A DNA stretch of 5,045 bases from Selaginella moellendorffii (taxonomy: Eukaryota; Plantae; Lycopodiophyta): NCBI RefSeq assembly GCF_000143415.4, contig NW_003314754.1, positions 1-5,045 on the forward strand, written 5' to 3'. Below, in pieces: positions 1 through 5,045 of the stretch (position 1 is its first letter; the number at the start of each line of letters is the position of its first letter). Both the position numbers and the translations under genes were made by a program. Under the pieces are notes generated by a model. It was not told the origin of the DNA, made no database searches, and saw only the letters and a list, made by a program, of their open reading frames with translations.

Positions 1-8
1 GGCTCAAA

Positions 9-98
9 CTCGGACTCGGACTCGGTCTCGATCCCGGTTTCGGACTCGGACTCGGTCTCGGTCTCGGTCTCGGCCTTGGTCTCGGCCTCGGTCTCGGT
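9..98. repeat. Hexamer tandem repeat (CTCGGH), 15 units
   Basis: ctcgga ctcgga ctcggt ctcgat cccggt ttcgga ctcgga ctcggt ctcggt ctcggt ctcggc cttggt ctcggc ctcggt ctcggt. Confidence 0.95.
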
Positions 99-99
99 T

Positions 100-526
100 C
101 CATCTCGAACTCCATCTCGGACTCCATCTCGGGTCCATCTCGGACTCCATCTCGGGCTCCATCTCGGGTCCATCTCGGGTCCATCTCGGACTCCATCTCG
201 GGTCCATCTCGGGTCCATCTCGGGTCCATCTCGGACTCCATCTCGGGTCCATCTCGAACTCCATCTCGGGTCCATCTCGAACTCCATCTCGGGTCCATCT
301 CGGACTCCATCTCGGACTCCATCTCGGGTCCATCTCGGGTCCATCTCGGACTCCATCTCGGGTCCATCTCGGACTCCATCTCGGGTCCATCTCGGACTCC
401 ATCTCGGACTCCATCTCGGGTCCATCTCGAGTCCATCTCGGACTCCATCTCGGGTCCATCTCGGACTCCATCTCGGACTCCATATCGGACTCCATATCGG
501 ACTCCACTTCGGGTCCATCTCAGACT
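100..526. repeat. Minisatellite of 37 interspersed 12-bp (CCATCTCGGACT) and 11-bp (CCATCTCGGGT) units
   Basis: Parsed by hand: 20 twelve-mers plus 17 eleven-mers = 427 bp, exactly spanning 100-526. Variant units are concentrated in the last four copies. Confidence 0.97.
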
Positions 527-757
527 CTTCCATGTGTCATGTGTTGGTCCTTTTGGGTCCCTTTTTGGAGCCTCGCTTATTGCTCACTTCGTGCTCATTC
601 CTCGAGCATTTCGTTAGGAGTTCCACTCCCGCCCTCGACCTTTCAAGTTGGAGCTTTTGGCCCAAACGTGTTACACGCGTTTGGCTTTCGCTTTGGCCAC
701 TACCACATGGCACCCTTCTGGCTCCACTTTGGGGCCTAGGGATTTTGTGTCTCACAA

Positions 758-768
758 CTCCACCACCC
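758..768 (-). promoter_or_regulatory. Putative polypurine tract (plus-strand primer)
   Basis: Minus strand GGGTGGTGGAG followed by T and then TGT (LTR start). It is preceded by the perfect hairpin GTTCGATG-AGGA-CATCGAAC (778-797). The tract is interrupted by two Ts. Confidence 0.65.
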
Positions 769-860
769 ATAGACGAAGTTCGATGTCCTCATCGAACGGT
801 AAACCATTTTATAAAGTAACACCCGCATGTGTTACCATTTCCATCTTTGGCACCTAGCCA

Positions 861-991
861 ATATTTGTCAATGGTTTGACATTGAAGGCTCACCATGCCT
901 TCTCTGTGTTCGTCAATGGTTTAACATTGAAGGCTCACCATGCCTTCTACATATTCGTCAATGGTTTGACACTAAAGGCCCACCATGCCTT
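861..991. repeat. 45-bp tandem repeat, about 2.9 copies, upstream of the PPT (3' UTR position)
   Basis: GTCAATGGTTT recurs at 867, 912 and 957 (period 45). Each unit continues ...AAGGCYCACCATGCCTT. Confidence 0.95.
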
Positions 992-2021
992 GCCCATCCT
1001 CTAAGGAGGGTAGTCTCTCCAACTTAGAGACTGATTGGACCACATGTAATGGTTATCTACTTTTATTGGTTTAGTTCTTGCTAAACCTCTTAGAGACCCT
1101 TCTCTAAGTCAATCCCACTACTCCTTCTCGAGTAGTCTCAATTTCCATCTATGGAACGTTTGCACCTTGGAATTTTTACTCTTTGACCTCTGGAAGTCAA
1201 TTTCCTAGGTGTCTCCAACACCTTGCATTGCACATTTTGTGCAACTCCACTTCCCCATCTTAGGAAGTTCTTTACTTGAGGGCACCATCATCCTCTCTTC
1301 TATTTCGTGCCACCTTGGGCACTAAGTTCCGTTTATCATACTTTGTGCTAGGGCTGTCCATGGCCCTATCATTTGGCTACCTTACTGCTCCCTCCCTTGG
1401 AGCTTCCACTTTCACCAAATTGGAGTAATTCAGAATCCATCCTTGGAAAGACACTTCCTTTCCCGCAATTTGTTAGCGTCCAACACATTAGTGTTCCTCG
1501 CCTAACTTTGCCACTTGGATTCCTTCCAAGGGCTTCCACGACCCTATCTTGGCCACTCATCTTTTGCTCCTATCCATTGATTGTTGCATCAAGCAATACC
1601 GGATCACTACCTCCCTCCTTGAGGTATTCTTTTGGTTCCATGGCAAAGCTCCACTTTGCCAAGTCCAGAGGGTGCTCACCCCTAGTAGGTCTCTTTAGCA
1701 TTTTCTGCTATGGGCCCCTTCCACGGCCCAACTTTGTGACCCTCTTATGGGTCTCTCCTAGAGACTACTTTCCTTGGACAAACTATGCCATCGCAATGAC
1801 ATAGCTCATTTCCCTAAGGTGCTTTTCCCACTTGGTCACCTTGACCAAGCCACACCATCATCAATAGTTCAAATCAACATTTTGAACTATGAACCTTATT
1901 CCTTAACCCAAACAAGGACCTTGTCCTTATTTAGCCACAAGATCACCTAGTGATCTCACCTCGGCACCTTAACAGGTTTGCCAATAGGTACTAGGTCTTC
2001 CAGACCTTTAACTCGTTAACT

Positions 2022-2148
2022 ACGACCCCGGGGGCATCCCCCACACTTGGCGGTGCGCCCAAGCCAGCCCTTCTGGCCAAGGGTCCATAGCAACTGAGAC
2101 TGGGTGTCCCCATCTCATTCACCACGTCCTTGGTGCCACTAGCACCAA
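2022..2148. repeat. Diverged duplicated module, copy 1
   Basis: Shares collinear blocks with 2200-2341: acgac..., ggcatccc, cttggcggtgYgcccaa, ccag, gtccat, gtgtcc, tcaccacg. Confidence 0.85.
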
Positions 2149-2199
2149 AGTGTTCAAGTTAGATATGCTAAGTCACGCTAAGCAATCTAACCGTGCATC

Positions 2200-2341
2200 A
2201 CGACTCCGAGGCATCCCTCGCTTGGCGGTGTGCCCAAACCAGTCTCCCCACTGAGAGTCCATGACCACCGAAATATGAGTGTCCTCATATTCCAAACCAT
2301 CACCACGGCCTAGTGATTTGGGACTCGAACCCAAGCACTAG
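2200..2341. repeat. Diverged duplicated module, copy 2
   Basis: Collinear with 2022-2148 at an offset of about 178 bp. Confidence 0.85.
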
Positions 2342-2362
2342 AGGGTCGGGACTCGAACCCAA
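2318..2362 (-). other. Two tandem tRNA T-arm/B-box-like hairpins (TTGGGTTCGAGTCCC x2)
   Basis: gggactcgaacccaa at 2320-2334 and 2348-2362. On the minus strand each is a stem closing a 7-nt UUCGAGU loop and matches the Pol III B-box consensus GGTTCGANTCC. Confidence 0.6.
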
Positions 2363-4888
2363 CCTCCGTATATGCATCTACGGACGGCATCATCCAAGAT
2401 GCCTGGCGTGACTCCCCACGCCGGTGCACCAACTTATATTTAAAGCGCGCTACAGATCACAGCTTAGGAACCTAGTTCCTCCGCACTGCCAAGTCCTCTC
2501 ACTTGACATGTCTGTGATCATGCATGGACTCCTCCATGCTTGGCCCCATGGCCCACCCTTTTTGAAGTTATCACCTTCAACTAAGGTATTTGTTCCCCCG
2601 ACGTGCCAATCTTGCTTGGCAAGTCCTCCGACCATTGTAACATGGTTCCTGCATAAGCGTGAAAGTCCTTGATCCTCGACCTTTGTTCAAAGCCCTCTCT
2701 TTGAACACTCGGGAACTACTTCCCTAACCTTGATAGCCTTGCCTCATGGCAAGCTTCAAGACCACGCTTCTGCTGCGCCACTCTGATTTCGCGCGTTCCT
2801 TGAACCATTTATGCTTGGCCTTTCTAGGTACTAAGCTACCTAGAATCCTCTTTGGGAACCTTGAAGGAACTCTGTCCCTTAGCTTGCTAAGGCTTCCCTT
2901 TTTGCAAGCTTTCCAATTGCCACATAGTCTAACATGGACAATTCTATATTTTAGACTCTCCATGGCATCACGGTTGCTAGCGGCAACACCCTCGAGCCCC
3001 CACTTGATTCTCCACTCCCAGCTGGCATAACCAACCTTGATTATGCCCTTCGATTCCTATGATTCGGTTCTATCCCCTTACCTCTTGCTTTTGGCTTCAC
3101 ACCTTTCCTTCGGTCATTCTCCTCCAAACCAGGAGGATAGCTTTGCACTTTTCTATCATGCCTTAGCAAGTATTCTTAGGGATGAACCTACCCAATAGCC
3201 CAGGGAGTGGTTCCTCAATCCGGGTATGCTCACCTTATAATCCCACACACTGGGATTACATTGTTGCTTATGGGCCTTTACATGCCCATCACTAGCCTTG
3301 CCAAAATTCCATTTTTGGCTTTGTCCAATTTGAGTAGACAGTCTTCTCCTGTCTCCACAACCTTGGACATTTGGATAGCACATACTATCCGTCATTCGCT
3401 AGGGACTTAATCCCTTGGGCCTTATTTATTGCCCTTGCGACACGAACACCACCTCCTGGTGTTCTAGAGTGTTTGGGTGTCCCAATGATGGCCTCCTGAC
3501 AATGAGCATTCCCTTTACGACATTGACTTACTATATCGCAACATAAGCAATTTCTCCCTCATAAGGGTATATTTAACTTCTTTACCCCAATAAGAAGTCT
3601 TAGGTAGTTGCCTTCTACCAGTTTAACGAATTATTTTGCACTTTTTGCTTAGTTGCCTCATAGTTGTCAAGTCCTACAACTCATTGCTGGTGCTTCCACA
3701 CCTCCATCATTATCTGGGTCACCACACTCCAACTGCATGCTCTGCAGCTTAGGCTATGCCATTCCCATTTCCATTGGGATTCCTTTGACAAGGGGTTCTC
3801 ATGAACCCACCAACATAGCCTCAAGGTATCATACCTTGGCACATTTGGTGTCTCCACACCATCGGCTCCACGAGCCTACCTCTATAACACTTCCCCTTCG
3901 TGTCTAAGTCTTTGCCAAGACCAACACCGCTCTTTCTCATGCCAACCATCCGTTAGCACTGCACCATAGAGGTCACACACAACTTTGTGTCAAAGTTGTT
4001 TTCTTCTGGGAACGCCTTTCCCATAACTTTAGTATGGCACATCTTGCCATCGATGAGATACCTTCTGTTCTCATCCTTGGATCCTATGATCCCCCCCCAT
4101 CCTTTGTGGGGTACAACACACCTCAGTCCAAATGCTTCCATCAGTCCTTTTAGGACCATCCCTTGATTCTACTTGAGTCATCCAGCAGTTTTGGACTTGG
4201 TTAATCCATAGACCCGTAAGGTCCTACTTGTGAGGCACTAGCTCACTAAAATACACTTCTTGCATTCCTGTCCTACTCAAAAGGACTATTTTCACAAGTG
4301 TTACTCTGACACTTGATTTTGTTCTCTGGGGGCAACCTTTGCCCCTTAGGACCACTTGTCCATGTGATGAGAATACCACTCATCTCTAAATACACCCCCC
4401 AACTCCTTGGGTTGTTCCAACATTTATTAAAGGTAGCCTCGGCTACCATTTTAAGGACTTGAGTCCTCTTCCGTATTTGACCTCCCACGGTCATTACTTC
4501 TGGTCTCACATTCATGAGCACCAACCTCAACTATATGAGGATAATCTTGTGACTCTTTTATTGCTTTGGAGTCTTTATCTTTCCCGTGATCCCAACTGTA
4601 GTTGTTTACCACCACTACATTAGCCAGTTTGCTAAGTCAAACGCTCATCTGGATCATATCCTCAACTCTCTGAGGAAAACCATATACTGTTCCCAAGATC
4701 CCAAAGTCATTCTATTATTGGCCCTTTTCTATCCACTACATTGTGCCCAAGTTCACGCATGAACTTGAGCGAAGAGCCATGTCCTCTCAGCATACTACTC
4801 CTCAAGGATAAGCCCACTCCTAGGACCTTCCAATGCCAATATCAATGGTGATATACTTGAGCACCAATAAAAGTCGGACTAAGGAACA

Positions 4889-4900
4889 GCTCCGATACCA
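4889..4900 (-). promoter_or_regulatory. Primer-binding site complementary to the initiator tRNA-Met 3' end
   Basis: Plus strand gctccgatacca = minus TGGTATCGGAGC, 11/12 identical to the canonical plant PBS TGGTATCAGAGC. It lies 3 nt from a ...TTACA LTR end. Confidence 0.88.
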
Positions 4901-4903
4901 AGT

Positions 4904-5045
4904 TGTAAGCGACTAAATTTTCCATTCTACTTTAGTCACTTAACCACACCTCCGACCACTTGGAGGAGTCTTATTCACAACCTCCATAAGTCCAATTCAG
5001 GACTTGGGACTTGCTAGCCATGTCTAAGCCCGACACTTTCACTCT
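4904..5045 (-). repeat. Putative 5' LTR (U5 end), truncated by the window end
   Basis: The minus strand ends ...AGTCGCTTACA immediately before the ACT spacer and the PBS, giving a canonical CA terminus. Confidence 0.78.

Larger units (their letters stand above)
1..756 (-). repeat. Putative 3' LTR (U3 side), truncated by the window start
   Basis: Begins TGTGAGACACAAAAT on the minus strand, 1 nt after the purine-rich tract. This matches the opposite LTR terminus read inward (TGTAAGCGACTAAAT at 4904, plus strand) at 11/15 positions, like an imperfect terminal inverted repeat. LTR-LTR identity cannot be tested because only opposite ends are in the window. Confidence 0.6.
778..4854 (-). other. 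Non-coding internal domain tiled by short stem-loops
   Basis: Perfect inverted repeats read directly, e.g. 1089-1108 cttagaga-ccct-tctctaag, 1831-1849 cttggtca-cct-tgaccaag, 1864-1890 atagttcaaa-tcaacat-tttgaactat, 2684-2707 tgttcaaag-ccctct-ctttgaaca, 2822-2845 ttctaggta-ctaagc-tacctagaa, 3444-3464 gaacacca-cctcc-tggtgttc, 4748-4767 caagttca-cgca-tgaacttg. Confidence 0.85.
1..5045 (-). mobile_element. Non-autonomous LTR retrotransposon (LARD-like, probably Ty3/gypsy chromovirus-related), both LTRs cut by the window edges
   Basis: The minus strand shows the canonical order: LTR end ...GCTTACA (4904), 3-nt spacer, PBS TGGTATCGGAGC, 4.1 kb without gag/pol ORF, GAGGAC hairpin plus GGGTGGTGGAG tract, then TGTGAGAC... 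LTR start (756). Lineage is an inference from the iMet PBS and the hairpin upstream of the PPT. Confidence 0.8.

Noticed and set aside
4-507. 167-aa minus-strand ORF (MESE/DPRW/RD repeats)
   Set aside because: Translation of a stop-free 6/11/12-bp tandem array. The peptide motif changes whenever an 11-mer shifts the phase, so there is no sign of coding constraint.
76-819. 247-aa plus-strand ORF
   Set aside because: Mostly the same minisatellite read in another frame, with a non-ATG start, antisense to the element and no recognisable domain.
100-991. CRISPR array
   Set aside because: The repeats are head-to-tail with no unique spacers, there are no cas genes, and the context is a eukaryotic retroelement.
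827-1027. 66-aa ORF with repeated QWFxIEGSPCL motif
   Set aside because: A by-product of the 45-bp (multiple of 3) tandem repeat. The DNA repeat is better explained by its hairpins.
1373-1804. 143-aa plus-strand Leu/Pro/Ser-rich ORF and the other 60-95 aa ORFs
   Set aside because: Composition reflects the C/T-rich strand, several have non-ATG starts, and none shows a known motif.
2022-2341. HDV-like or hammerhead ribozyme (retrozyme)
   Set aside because: I could not find the hammerhead CUGANGA...GAAA core or build the HDV nested double pseudoknot on either strand.
2310-2430. tRNA gene or tRNA-derived SINE
   Set aside because: T-arm-like hairpins are present, but there is no D-arm/A-box, anticodon arm, acceptor stem or SINE tail.
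3580-3866. Possible RT/RNase H relic on the minus strand (ADGVETP...LSKESQWKWEW; NYEATKQ...DFLLG)
   Set aside because: Only faint resemblance to the gypsy RT-RNase H connection, with wrong spacing and stop codons. It cannot be supported without a profile search.
778-4854. Bacterial intrinsic terminators, REP elements or a CsrB-like GGA-loop sponge RNA
   Set aside because: The hairpins lack consistent U-tails and shared stem sequence. The PBS/PPT/LTR context and absence of genes indicate plant-type repetitive DNA.

Overview
The window is best read as most of one plant-type LTR retroelement on the minus strand. A tRNA-iMet primer-binding site (4889-4900) abuts the end of a putative 5' LTR (4904 to beyond the window). 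A polypurine-like tract (758-768) abuts the start of a putative 3' LTR (756 to beyond position 1), which carries a 6-bp to 11/12-bp tandem array. The ~4.1-kb internal region has no recognisable gag/pol ORF, so the element looks non-autonomous (LARD-like). The striking feature is that this internal region is tiled almost end to end by short hairpins of unrelated sequence: roughly 90-100 stems of about 5 bp or more by eye, 25 of them perfect stems of 7 bp or more. Their loops are G/purine-rich on the element's sense strand (AGG, GGAG, UGGAG, GGAGG). A CpG-rich core (about 2020-2450) holds a duplicated module with compensatory base changes and two tandem tRNA T-loop/B-box hairpins. No ORF in the supplied track is a credible protein gene.
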